A stretch of DNA of 64,000 nucleotides from an uncultured Clostridia bacterium (GTDB lineage: Bacteria; Bacillota; Clostridia; Oscillospirales; Ruminococcaceae): NCBI GenBank assembly GCA_946567425.1, contig CAMNXF010000014.1, forward strand, positions 11,883-75,882, read 5' to 3'. The translations under genes were made by a program, and so were the position numbers. Below are positions 28,899-38,433 of the stretch, piece by piece. The notes under the pieces were generated by a model, which saw only the letters and a list, made by a program, of their open reading frames with translations, made no database searches and was not told the DNA's origin. How positions within the stretch are numbered: the stretch's first letter is position 1; each line of letters opens with the position of its first letter.

Positions 28899-29447
28899 TT
28901 ATAAACGGCGCTGATCGCCGTCCTGATCTTCGCCGGCTTCGAATAAGCCTTTCATTTCGCCGAGAAAATCCTCGTTATATATTTTGGGATAAAACCCGAA
29001 AACCAGATCATAGAACTGCTTATCGGACAGCGACTCAAATTCTCCGAAAAGATAACCCGGATAACTCTTCATTGCGTCGCACATTGTCTCCACACGGTCG
29101 CGCCGACCATCAACGACCTTTGCGCAAATCTTGTCGTTCCCGAGAATTATCGCGGGAATATGCTTTACCGCTTTGTCGAAATCGTAATCGGGCGTGGGGT
29201 ATATCTTTGAAAAATACAGCTTAACGTCAGCGAAAAACGCCTTGTTTTTCGTTCTTATATCGCGCTTAAGACTGCCCATAAGCTTCGAAATCGGCTTTTT
29301 CGGGTCGTTGATATGCGACAGCACCGCCGACAGTCCGTCCAGCAGCGCGGCAGCGTTATCCACCCGCCCTCCGTCGCGAACGGCAAGATACGCCTCACGC
29401 GAAATAAGCAGCACACGCCCAAGCGCGTTTTTCTCCGAAACCGACAT
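28899..29447 (-). CDS. Hypothetical protein
   Basis: ORF between hpf and udp in the same orientation. Confidence 0.65.
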   Translation of the reverse strand: MSVSEKNALGRVLLISREAYLAVRDGGRVDNAAALLDGLSAVLSHINDPKKPISKLMGSLKRDIRTKNKAFFADVKLYFSKIYPTPDYDFDKAVKHIPAIILGNDKICAKVVDGRRDRVETMCDAMKSYPGYLFGEFESLSDKQFYDLVFGFYPKIYNEDFLGEMKGLFEAGEDQDGDQRRL

Positions 29448-29525
29448 AACCACCCCTCGCAAAAATCCCCCGCTCCAAGGCAGCCGCCGACGGAACAGGG
29501 GAAACCGTTCAAACGATCATCAGAC

Positions 29526-30044
29526 CTATTCTTCGGGAACAAGCACCGCGTAGTTGCCCTCGTCGCGCTTGTACACAACGTTTACGGCGCCCGTCTCGGC
29601 GTTCTTGAACATAAAGAACGTATGATCCAGCAAATTCATCTGCAAAATTGCCTCGTCCACCGACATGGGACGGAGCTGAAAAGTCTTGTAGCGAATGACC
29701 TCGAAGCTGTCCTCCTCGACGTCGGGAGCAAGCCCCGCGAACGCGTCGGCGCGCAGGTTCCTTTCAATCTTCGTTTTCTGCTTTCTGATCTGACGGATAA
29801 TGCGGTCGACGGTCACGTCAAGCGCATCGTTTTTATCCTTTGCGGTCTGCTCCGCGCGGCAGATAAAGCCGTTATATTTTACGGTAAGCTCCAGTATGAT
29901 CATATCGCGGCGTTCTGCCAAGGTGATCTTTGCCTCCGCTTCCTCCGGGAAAAATCTGTCCAGCTTTGCGTTCAGCTTCTTCTCCGCATAGTCCGTAAAC
30001 GACTGCGAGATATTGAGCTTCTTTGCGGTAATGGTAACTTTCAT
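29526..30044 (-). CDS. hpf: Ribosome hibernation promoting factor (long HPF/RaiA)
   Basis: RQIRKQKTK, C-terminal PMSVDEAILQMNLLDH.FFMF.N..TG.VNVVYKR..G.Y. Confidence 0.93.
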   Translation of the reverse strand: MKVTITAKKLNISQSFTDYAEKKLNAKLDRFFPEEAEAKITLAERRDMIILELTVKYNGFICRAEQTAKDKNDALDVTVDRIIRQIRKQKTKIERNLRADAFAGLAPDVEEDSFEVIRYKTFQLRPMSVDEAILQMNLLDHTFFMFKNAETGAVNVVYKRDEGNYAVLVPEE

Positions 30045-30197
30045 GCAACTCATTCCTTCCGTTAGTTAGAGTGAGGCTTTCGCCCCTTGATTTATTTTAG
30101 CATATTATTGCAAAGTTTGCAAGTGGGCGAAATAAATTTTATATAATTTTCACAAATTCAACTGTAAAATTATGTTACAATTAAAAGTACTTTTTGC

Positions 30198-30989
30198 TTA
30201 AAATTTAACAAACTCCGCTCTGCGCCCCCTGAATACCGTGTAGCCGTCAAATCCCGCCGCTTCGAGAGCCTCCTGAGCCTTATCGAAATGGGCTGCAATT
30301 CGGCTGCGGTCGTGAGCGTCCGAGCCTATTGTGACCATTTTGCCGCCAAGCTCCTTAAACCGCCGAAGTATAAACGCGTTCGGATGAGGATAGCCCATTC
30401 CGCTCGCAACACCCGCCGTATTCACCTCTATGCCCTTGCCGCGTGCAATAAGCTCCTTTAATATTCCGTCGATGATCTCCCGATGATCAAGCGGCTCATA
30501 GCTCTTCTCGGGAGAATACCGCACGACGTAATCAAGATGTCCGTAAACGTCGAACTCGTCAAAAGCGCGGATATTCGCGAGAATACTCTCGAAATAACGT
30601 AGAATGCCGTTTCTGCTCCCCAGCTCTTCAAAATACTCGGGATAATACGGGTCTTTCCCGTCAACCAGATGTGACGATCCTATTATAAAATCAAAATCCC
30701 ACGCTGCCGCGAATTCGTTCAGACGCGGCGCGAGATAGTCCATTATCCCCAGCTCCACCCCGAACAGCACCTCGACCTTGTCCGCATACTCCGCCTTAAC
30801 TTGCATAAGCTCCGCACGGTAGGCGGCGGTATCAAGCAGAAACACCCCTCCTGGATAATCGAAATCCAGATGCTCCGTAAGGCATATCGTCTGCAAGCCC
30901 TTTTCGGCAGCGGACTTCGCCATTTCATAAAGCGGCTCGGCGCTGTCGGAGGAAAAAGATGAATGTGTGTGAAAATCCGCAAAGATCAT
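30198..30989 (-). CDS. PHP-family histidinol-phosphatase (HisJ-like)
   Basis: DFHTHS, TEHLD, GSSH, GHLDY, IEVNT, GSDAH. Confidence 0.88.
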   Translation of the reverse strand: MIFADFHTHSSFSSDSAEPLYEMAKSAAEKGLQTICLTEHLDFDYPGGVFLLDTAAYRAELMQVKAEYADKVEVLFGVELGIMDYLAPRLNEFAAAWDFDFIIGSSHLVDGKDPYYPEYFEELGSRNGILRYFESILANIRAFDEFDVYGHLDYVVRYSPEKSYEPLDHREIIDGILKELIARGKGIEVNTAGVASGMGYPHPNAFILRRFKELGGKMVTIGSDAHDRSRIAAHFDKAQEALEAAGFDGYTVFRGRRAEFVKF

Positions 30990-31008
30990 ATTAACTCCTT
31001 ATTTAAAA

Positions 31009-31119
31009 AGCAAAAGCTCGCACCGCGCAGCTTCGCCGCGCTAGCCGAGTCGTATCTTCTTCGCTCCGCTCGCTTTGCTCACTACGCTGCGGCAACACGT
31101 CTCGCTTGCGACTTTTGCT
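31009..31119. repeat. Palindromic REP/MITE-like element A
   Basis: Ends AGCAAAAGCTCGCA / TGCGACTTTTGCT, interior rich in CTTCGC/CGCTCCGC; related copy at 37624-37784. Confidence 0.65.
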
Positions 31120-31234
31120 CCTGCTGCTTTATATAGTTGTTGATTTTACCAAAAATTACTACCACCATTGTAACACACTTTCAAGAATTTTGCAACGATT
31201 TTTTCAAATAATAACCGCGAAAGGGAGTGTTTTT

Positions 31235-31414
31235 ATGGACAACTACATCTGCCCGTGCGGCTATGTGTACAGCGAGGAGCGCGGCTGCCCATCAATGGGT
31301 ATCGCTGCCGGAACAAAATTTGAGGATCTGCCGGACGACTGGGTATGCCCCGCCTGTGGTCTCACCAAGGACAACTTCGGCTCGCGAAACGAGGTCATAG
31401 ACGCCGTAAAATAA
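31235..31414 (+). CDS. Rubredoxin
   Basis: [12 protein letters not shown]...[14 protein letters not shown]; GGGAG RBS. Confidence 0.93.
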   Translation: MDNYICPCGYVYSEERGCPSMGIAAGTKFEDLPDDWVCPACGLTKDNFGSRNEVIDAVK

Positions 31415-31456
31415 GCGGAACGTCCGTCCCCGAATTTGCGGGACGGACGTCACTTT

Positions 31457-31744
31457 AGGCAACACCCCATAATTATTGTCGAGCGGTTGCGCAGACAGAT
31501 TTTTCGTCAGATTGTACAATGAGGACGACGCAAGGCTGTATGCCTTGCTAGGACAAATTGTGCACGAATTGACCAAAGGTCAACCCTATGACGGAAATAG
31601 CGTTTTGCGCGAAGCACATAATGCGTGCAAGCAAACGCCGACAACATGACGTTGTCGCAAGATTGCCAAGAGGCGGCAAGGACGCCGCCAACAAAGCAAT
31701 CTGGGCGACAAAGCGCGTAGCGCGGTAATTGTGTGGTGTTGCCT
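31457..31744. mobile_element. MITE-like non-autonomous element (~290 bp)
   Basis: Terminal inverted repeats AGGCAACACC/GGTGTTGCCT (extend to 14/18), internal hairpins, no ORF, abuts a TAA stop. Confidence 0.65.
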
Positions 31745-32900
31745 TTACTTTAAAAGTGCGAAATAATCTCTGAACTCCGCGTAATTCGCGTGATGATTTG
31801 CCGCGAAATATTCCGCGCCGATATCAAAATACCTGTAGCCTATGCCGCCGTTGCTGTATTCGCCGTCACGACTAAGCGTGCAATACGAATCCCAACACGC
31901 GTCCAACCAGATAATACGCCCGTCGACCTCAGCGAAGTTCCATTCATGATATACGCCGTCGTCGCTTAGTGCGAAGGTTCTTCCGTTCGTAATCGCCGAC
32001 CCGTGAACGTTCCAACACTTTATGCCCTGCGCCGCGCAAAGTGCCGATACCATATTTGAATAACCGCCGCAAACGCTGCTGTGATTATCGAGAATATATC
32101 TTAGTGAGAGCGTTTCGGCGGGGATACCCATATCGTAGGCGGGATAATCGTAATAAACGTTCGCCGCGACCCAGCGCTCTATCGCGCGCAGCCTGTCATA
32201 GTCGTTGTTGATGCCGCCGCATATCTCGTCCGAGAGTTCTTGTATCTCGTCCATTACCTTACGTATTTCTTTTGCGTCTCCGCCCTTGACTATATACTCG
32301 GCGACTTGAGTTTCCGGCTGGGGGAGCGTTTTCTCCGTTGCTGTTATGTTGTCCTCTGTTATGTTGGAAAGATCGTACAGCTCAAAGCCGTTCTCTCCGA
32401 TTTTAAAATAGACCGTTTCGGAAGTGCCGTCGTCATATCCGAAAGTTATATTGACGCTGTCATACGACGGGTCGGAAAGCCTGATTACGGCTGTAAAGCC
32501 GTTCGCGTTCAGACGAATATCAACAGTCACGCACTTTTCGGACGCATATATGTTTTCAATGGAATTGTCAGAGGTCCTGGCGGTGACCGTCATCACGTCT
32601 CCGTCGATCTCAATGCTTTTCTCGTTTATCGGATCGTGTGAAAGCACCAGCGTCCTCGGTTCGTTAATCATGGGAGCAGACGAGCTTGTTTCGGACGTGT
32701 CCGACGTTTCGCTTGTCTCGGAATGCGGTTCCGTATCGCCCGCAGAGCTTGTGCTGCCGGAGGTTGCCGGTTTACTTGCGGAAGAGGAGCTGCTTCTCGG
32801 TTCAAACGAAAACGACGGTATATCCGAAGCTCCGTTTCTGCCGCACCCCGTAAGCAGCAGCGCCGCCGCGCAAATCAAAGATATGAGCTTTTTTATACAT
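31745..32900 (-). CDS. Transglutaminase-like lipoprotein; frameshifted (+1 A) in an A6 tract right after the ATG
   Basis: Lipobox LTGC, VCGGYS (Cys), HEWN (His), WLDACW (Asp). ATG 32900 with GGGGGG RBS is out of frame unless A6 (32889-32894) is A5. Confidence 0.8.
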
Positions 32901-33052
32901 ATCCCCCCAACATAACATTTTATACGAATATACGTCAATTATACAACAAAAAAACGGGATTGTCAAGCCGTCGATCATTATAAATATAAACGCAAAAACC
33001 GATCTGCAATATTATCGCAAATTCCTCTTTTGAGAAAAAGTACAAAAACCCC

Positions 33053-33081
33053 TTGATTTTTTTGTGGAAATGTTGTATAAT
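33053..33081 (+). promoter_or_regulatory. SigA promoter of SRP RNA-dnaX
   Basis: TTGATT-17 nt-TATAAT with TG extension. Confidence 0.75.
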
Positions 33082-33110
33082 ATTATGAGATATTTAAAAA
33101 ATGCTTTCGA

Positions 33111-33218
33111 TTATGGGGGCAGACCCTGTGCAATGGGGTGCCGCGAACCATGTCAGGCGGTGACCCGAGCAGCATTAAGCGGATTTCCCCGTGTGCCGCA
33201 GCAAGTCTGTTCCCATAA
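33111..33218 (+). ncRNA. ffs: Signal recognition particle RNA (small form)
   Basis: Closing stem TTATGGGGGCAGAC/GTCTGTTCCCATAA; helix-8 core GAACCATGTCAGG-CGG-TGAC-CCG-AGCAGCATTAAG; conserved position upstream of dnaX. Confidence 0.9.
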
Positions 33219-33252
33219 TCGAGAGCATTTTGGCCGTAATGGAGGTGAGCGT

Positions 33253-35145
33253 TTGTATCTGGCACTGTACAGAAAATACCGTCCGAGAACGTTTGACGAC
33301 GTTATTTCTCAGGAACATATCACGACAACACTCAAAAACCAGATAATAAACGGCTCTGCGGCACATGCCTACCTTTTTACCGGCTCGCGCGGAACGGGCA
33401 AGACCACTTGTGCGAAGATACTTGCCATGGCGGTAAATTGCCTTGACCCTAAGGACGGCAGCCCTTGCCTTGAATGTGAGCGCTGCAAGGAAATTCTCGA
33501 CGGCACGACCACGGATATCGTCGAAATGGACGCGGCTTCCAATAACGGCGTCGACGACGTAAGACAGCTGCGTGACGAGGTCGCGTACACGCCGGTAAGC
33601 TGCAAATACCGCGTTTACATTATCGACGAGGTGCATATGCTGTCTATCGCGGCGTTCAACGCGCTGCTGAAAACGCTCGAAGAGCCGCCGCCCCATGTCA
33701 AGTTTATTCTCGCGACTACGGAGCTGCATAAGGTTCCTGCGACTATTTCCTCGCGGTGCCAGCGCTTTGAGTTTCGGAGAGTGGATATCGCCGACAGCGC
33801 GGAACGGCTGCTTGCGGTCGCGGAGAACGAGGGCGTTTCTCTTGAACGCGACGCGGCGGAGCTTATCTCGCGGCTGTCCGACGGCGGAATGAGAGACGCG
33901 CTTTCGATACTCGACCGCTGTATTTCCGCGGACAAGCACATCACCTCGGAGGTCGTGCGTTCCTGTGCGGGAGTTGCGGATCGGAAACACCTTTTCGCGT
34001 TTTCGGAAATGATCGCGCGCAGAGATACCGCAGGTTGTATCAGACTGCTCGGCGAGCTGCACAAGGGCTCTAAGGACATCGCGCTCATAGTGGACGAGCT
34101 TTCGGGGCAGTTCCGCGATCTGATGCTGTGCAAGACCGCGCCCGACGACAAAGACTTACTGACGGCGCTTCCCGACGAATACGGCGCGCTCGCGGAGATC
34201 GCCGATTTGTACTCGCTCGGGGATATTCTCCGTTGTCTGATGCTGCTTCAGCGCTGTGCGGACGGCATCGGCAAGGTCAAGCAAAGAAAGACGCTCGCTG
34301 AAATGTGCTTTGTGAGAATGTGCAGCGGAGAGCAAACCGACGCGTCCGTGCAGGGTTCTGCGTCCAAAGCGGTTTCCACCGCGCCGGGTACTCCAATTTT
34401 CGAGATAAAGGAAATTCCCGAGGATAGACCCGCTCCCAAACCCGTGGAACAGATGTCTCAATCGGAACGCATAAACGCGATGAAAACGCGCGCGCTGCTT
34501 GAAGAAACGGCAAAGCTGTCGGAAACGTCCGCGTCCGTTCCTCCAAAGCCGCAGACGCCGCCTGTTGCGGCAGTCAAAGAGCCTGCCGCACCGGCAAAAG
34601 CGGCGGAGCTTCCCGAATATCCTCCGTTTGACGAGGGCTATATACCCCCCGCCGACGATAACGGTGTATACTACGACGCTCCCGCGGCAAAACCCGAAAA
34701 ACCGTTAAGCGCTCCCGTTTCTCCGACTTCTGCGGATACGACTGGTGAAAAGGCGGTCTCCGCTCCCAAAAAGTCGAAAAAAACCGAGACGGAAAAGGCG
34801 GACAAAAAAGCCCCGCTCCCCGAGATCACTCACGAGGAATGGTCGGCGGCTGTCGACAAGCTGGCGGAAGAGGATCTGGCTCTGAACGCGCTGCTGCATG
34901 GCTCGACCGCAAAAACCGAAGGTGGAGAGCTTGTTATACGCTCGTCGAACTCGCTTCTACTGAACAATGTTAAAGGGGACGAGGCGATACGCGTTGAAAA
35001 GCTGATCTCCGACGCGTTCGGGTTTCCCGTGCACATCAGACTTGAAGCGGAGGCAGCAGCCGAGGACGAAACGGGGCATTCCAAGGTTGAGACGCTGCTG
35101 AACAAAGCGCGTCAGCTCGGAATTGAAGTTAATGTAAAAAACTGA
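33253..35145 (+). CDS. dnaX: DNA polymerase III subunit gamma/tau
   Basis: TTG after GGAGGTG; ALYRKYRP, GSRGTGKTT, EMDAASNNGVDD, IIDEVHML, KTLEEPP, SRCQRF. Confidence 0.97.
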   Translation: MYLALYRKYRPRTFDDVISQEHITTTLKNQIINGSAAHAYLFTGSRGTGKTTCAKILAMAVNCLDPKDGSPCLECERCKEILDGTTTDIVEMDAASNNGVDDVRQLRDEVAYTPVSCKYRVYIIDEVHMLSIAAFNALLKTLEEPPPHVKFILATTELHKVPATISSRCQRFEFRRVDIADSAERLLAVAENEGVSLERDAAELISRLSDGGMRDALSILDRCISADKHITSEVVRSCAGVADRKHLFAFSEMIARRDTAGCIRLLGELHKGSKDIALIVDELSGQFRDLMLCKTAPDDKDLLTALPDEYGALAEIADLYSLGDILRCLMLLQRCADGIGKVKQRKTLAEMCFVRMCSGEQTDASVQGSASKAVSTAPGTPIFEIKEIPEDRPAPKPVEQMSQSERINAMKTRALLEETAKLSETSASVPPKPQTPPVAAVKEPAAPAKAAELPEYPPFDEGYIPPADDNGVYYDAPAAKPEKPLSAPVSPTSADTTGEKAVSAPKKSKKTETEKADKKAPLPEITHEEWSAAVDKLAEEDLALNALLHGSTAKTEGGELVIRSSNSLLLNNVKGDEAIRVEKLISDAFGFPVHIRLEAEAAAEDETGHSKVETLLNKARQLGIEVNVKN

Positions 35146-35179
35146 CATTTATACGATTACAAATGAGAGGAGATTTTCT

Positions 35180-35527
35180 ATGAAATCAAGACTTCCCAAG
35201 GAGTATCAGAGCGGAAACGCCAATATGAACCAGATGGTAAGAAAGGCTCAGAAAATGCAGGAGGACATCACCCGTGTTCAGGAGGAGCTGGAGCAGAGAG
35301 AGTTCACCAAACAGGTGGGCGGCGGAGCGCTGGAGCTTGTAATGACGGGCGACAAGAAGCTCAAATCCGTTACGCTCAAGCCCGAAGTCGTTGACAGGGA
35401 CGACATCGAAATGCTGCAAGACCTTATCATCAGCGGAGTCAACGAGATCATTCAAGAGATCGACGATATCGGCGCTGCCGAAATGGAAAAGGTCACGGGC
35501 GGAGTTTCGCTCCCCGGATTATTCTGA
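35180..35527 (+). CDS. ybaB: YbaB/EbfC nucleoid-associated protein
   Basis: KAQKMQE..Q, GGG.....MTG, DIEMLQDLII, TGG..LPGLF; follows dnaX. Confidence 0.93.
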   Translation: MKSRLPKEYQSGNANMNQMVRKAQKMQEDITRVQEELEQREFTKQVGGGALELVMTGDKKLKSVTLKPEVVDRDDIEMLQDLIISGVNEIIQEIDDIGAAEMEKVTGGVSLPGLF

Positions 35528-35535
35528 GATCGGCG

Positions 35536-37566
35536 TTGGACAAAAACAACAGGGCATTGCTTGAACTTCCGCTTGTACGGTTTGCGCCGTTTATGGTGGC
35601 GGGAATGCTTACAGCTTATTTCGGCGGCGGCTTGGTTTGCGGGATAGTTTCCGCGGCGGCTGCCGCCGTTGCAGTTTTATTCACGGTGAAGAAAAAACGC
35701 GCCGTGATCTGCGCGGTCGGGCTGCTGTGGGGAATAGTTGTAATGAGCGCCTATGTACGGCTGTACTGCGAACCGATAAAGCAATTCGGTGGTAAGACGA
35801 TACAGGCGGAGATCAAGGTCAACAAGATATCTTATATCGGCTCGGGCACTCGGGAATACCTTGTTGAAATGAACCTTTCAGGGCGAAAGACCAACGTGCG
35901 CGTTACCGGTGGCGGCTTTGCGGACGCGGGAGTTCGGGCGGTCGTGGTCGCGGAGCTTGCCGAACCCGACAGCGAATACGAACTTCAAAACCTCGCCGAC
36001 GGCATTCTGTTGGAGGGCGTTATCACCGAGGTGAAAAGCACTGCCGCAGCAAGCCTCGATGTAACTGCACCGCTCAGACGGCTACGCGAGGTTATGATCG
36101 GACAACTGAGCGCGAACGTTTTCGGGGAACGCGCCGAGCTTGCTTTGTCAATGCTGTTGGGCGAGGACGACGGGCTTTCTCCCGTGCTCCGCGAAAAGCT
36201 GAAAATATGCGGTGCGGCGCATTATACGGCAGTCTCGGGCTCGCACTTCGCGATATTCGCGTCGGTCATTCTGGGAATGATCTCCGACAGGCGCAGGCGG
36301 GTAAAGCAGGTCGTTTCAGTTTTGTTTGCGCCTGCGGCTCTGGTGTTCTTCGGGGTAATGCCGTCGGTGGCAAGAGCCGCCGTGATGTTCCTTTTGTACA
36401 GCTTGGCGTCGCTTATTTTGCGAAAGGCAGAAACGCTGAACTCTCTGTGCCTTGCCGTTGCGGTCATCTGCACGTTCTCGCCAGGAACGGTGCTCGACCT
36501 CGGCTTTGCAATGTCGGTGCTCGGTGTGTTCGGCGCGGGCGTTGTCGGCGTAAATGCGGCAAAGAAACTGTGCGGGCTTATCCCCGAAAAGGCGCAGAAG
36601 CCGCTCACCCCTGTTGTTACAGCGCTTTCGGTTTCGATTTGCGCGGTGGTCTGCACGTCTCCCGTGAGCGTTTTCGCTTTTAGGGGAGTATCGCTCGGCG
36701 GCGCGTTCGTGTCCGTTCTCCTTATGCCGCTTCTGGCGGTGAGTATGAGCTGCATGGTTTTGCTGAGCTTGCTGCGGATCAATCTGCTCGCACTGCCGAT
36801 AGACCTTTCAATGGGTCTCGCAAAGGCAATAATTGACGGGCTTGGAAATATCCGCGGAATGTGGCTTACGCTGGATTTTAAACACGCGTGGCTGTTGGCG
36901 GCGGTATGCGCCGTCGCGGTAACGTTCGCGGCATTCGGGGATATGAGAGCGTTTTGGCGTTACGGGAAATTCGCGGCGGTTTTGGTGCTGTGCACGCTTT
37001 TGTTCGGGCAGTATGTCAACGGACAGCGCAGCGAAGTGAGGTTTACGGGAAATTCCACAACAGCCGCTGCGGTAATTATCGAGAACAACGAGGCGGTCGT
37101 GTTTGTTTCGGGGAGCGGCGTGGGTCTGGCGACAAGCGTTTCGCGGATTATGCGCGAACACGGCGCGGTGAAGATTGCCTGTATTGCGGCGTTTGACGCG
37201 GATTACAGCGGGGCGCTCGCAATTCGTGAGCTGTCGCGAATGACGGAGATCAACGCGGTATATTCAAACGAGCTTGCTGAAGGTCTGCTTTCGGAGCTTA
37301 ACGTGACGGCGGTTCCCGAGGGCGCGCGGCTTTCGGCGTCGGGTATCGTTTTTGATTCGGCAAAGCCGTCGGACAAGAACGTTTCCGCAAACATCGTTCT
37401 GTATAACGGGAGATTTACGAAAACGCCCGAAAGCAGCGCGGAATATGCGGTGTACTTCTCAAGCGCCGAAAAGGAACTTCCCGAAAACTGGCACAACGCG
37501 CGACGCGATAAAGAGTTTTACATAAAATTGGAAAAGGGTACAAAGAATATTTCCGTTGTGAAATGA
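35536..37566 (+). CDS. comEC: ComEC/Rec2 competence DNA-uptake membrane protein
   Basis: GAAHYTAVSGSH, PSVARAAVM, LGFAMS, many TM segments. Confidence 0.85.
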   Translation: MDKNNRALLELPLVRFAPFMVAGMLTAYFGGGLVCGIVSAAAAAVAVLFTVKKKRAVICAVGLLWGIVVMSAYVRLYCEPIKQFGGKTIQAEIKVNKISYIGSGTREYLVEMNLSGRKTNVRVTGGGFADAGVRAVVVAELAEPDSEYELQNLADGILLEGVITEVKSTAAASLDVTAPLRRLREVMIGQLSANVFGERAELALSMLLGEDDGLSPVLREKLKICGAAHYTAVSGSHFAIFASVILGMISDRRRRVKQVVSVLFAPAALVFFGVMPSVARAAVMFLLYSLASLILRKAETLNSLCLAVAVICTFSPGTVLDLGFAMSVLGVFGAGVVGVNAAKKLCGLIPEKAQKPLTPVVTALSVSICAVVCTSPVSVFAFRGVSLGGAFVSVLLMPLLAVSMSCMVLLSLLRINLLALPIDLSMGLAKAIIDGLGNIRGMWLTLDFKHAWLLAAVCAVAVTFAAFGDMRAFWRYGKFAAVLVLCTLLFGQYVNGQRSEVRFTGNSTTAAAVIIENNEAVVFVSGSGVGLATSVSRIMREHGAVKIACIAAFDADYSGALAIRELSRMTEINAVYSNELAEGLLSELNVTAVPEGARLSASGIVFDSAKPSDKNVSANIVLYNGRFTKTPESSAEYAVYFSSAEKELPENWHNARRDKEFYIKLEKGTKNISVVK

Positions 37567-37623
37567 CCGTGTGCACGGCGCGTTTTAAATTAAAACAATA
37601 AGCGACCAACCATTGCCATTAAG

Positions 37624-37784
37624 ACAAAAGGCGCAAACCGTCGTCGCAGCGGCAAAAGGCGCCGAAGCGATAAATCGCACCTACAACGGTGACGACGTAG
37701 CGGAACGAAGTGAAGCGGAGGAGTTGCCGTTGGCCAGGGCGGCGAAAGCCGCCCAGTGCGAGCTTTTGCTATTTAAATAAGGAG
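37624..37784. repeat. Palindromic REP/MITE-like element B ending in the recR RBS
   Basis: CAAAAGGCGCA...TGCGAGCTTTTGC ends, GGGCGGC-GAAA-GCCGCCC hairpin; 37756-37784 is 28/29 identical to the reverse complement of 30995-31023. Confidence 0.65.
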
Positions 37785-37789
37785 AAAAA

Positions 37790-38386
37790 ATGTCGGAATA
37801 TGTATCATTGCCGCTTACGCTGGCGGCGGAGCAGTTTGCGAAGCTGCCCGGAATAGGCATTAAGACGGCTCAGCGGCTGGCTTATTATATGCTCAACTTG
37901 CCCGTTGAGGATGTCGAGGAATTCGCGGAGAATATCGTCAAGGCACGGCGAAGCGTGCAGCTTTGCAAGTGCTGCCAGAATTTCACCGAGCGCGAGATAT
38001 GCGAGTTGTGCGCCGACGACGACCGCGACAGGAGCGTGGTGTGCGTCGTCGAGTCGCCAAAGGACGTTTCGGCTTTTGAACGGGCAGGCGGCTACGACGG
38101 ACTTTATCATGTGCTGCACGGACTGCTTTCGCCTATGGACGGCATCGGCGCGGAGGATATAAAGATCAAGGAGCTTATTGCGAGGCTCGGCGATGTGAAA
38201 GAGGTCATTATGGCGACCAATCCCACGGTCGAGGGCGAGGCTACCGCAATGTATATCGGACGTCTGATAAAGCCTATGGGCATCAAGGTAACGCGGCTGG
38301 CTTACGGACTGCCCGCGGGCTCGGCGCTGGAATTCGCCGACGACGTTACGTTGGTAAAGGCTCTGGAGAACCGCAACGAGCTGTAA
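37790..38386 (+). CDS. recR: Recombination mediator RecR
   Basis: LPGIGIKTAQRLA, C..C.NF.....C..C, CVVESPKD, YHVLHG..SP, ATNPTVEGEATA. Confidence 0.97.
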   Translation: MSEYVSLPLTLAAEQFAKLPGIGIKTAQRLAYYMLNLPVEDVEEFAENIVKARRSVQLCKCCQNFTEREICELCADDDRDRSVVCVVESPKDVSAFERAGGYDGLYHVLHGLLSPMDGIGAEDIKIKELIARLGDVKEVIMATNPTVEGEATAMYIGRLIKPMGIKVTRLAYGLPAGSALEFADDVTLVKALENRNEL

Positions 38387-38393
38387 ATGCACA

Positions 38394-38426
38394 AAAAAAC
38401 GCCCTCCGTAGGCAGGGGGCGTTTTG
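38394..38426. terminator. Bidirectional terminator between recR and fsa
   Basis: AAAAAAACGCCCTCC..GGGGGCGTTTT. Confidence 0.7.
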
Positions 38427-38433
38427 ATATTGT

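Noticed and set aside
30045-30197. raiA RNA motif upstream of hpf
   Set aside because: A TTGCAA-17-TAAAAT promoter leaves only a ~45-nt leader, far too short.
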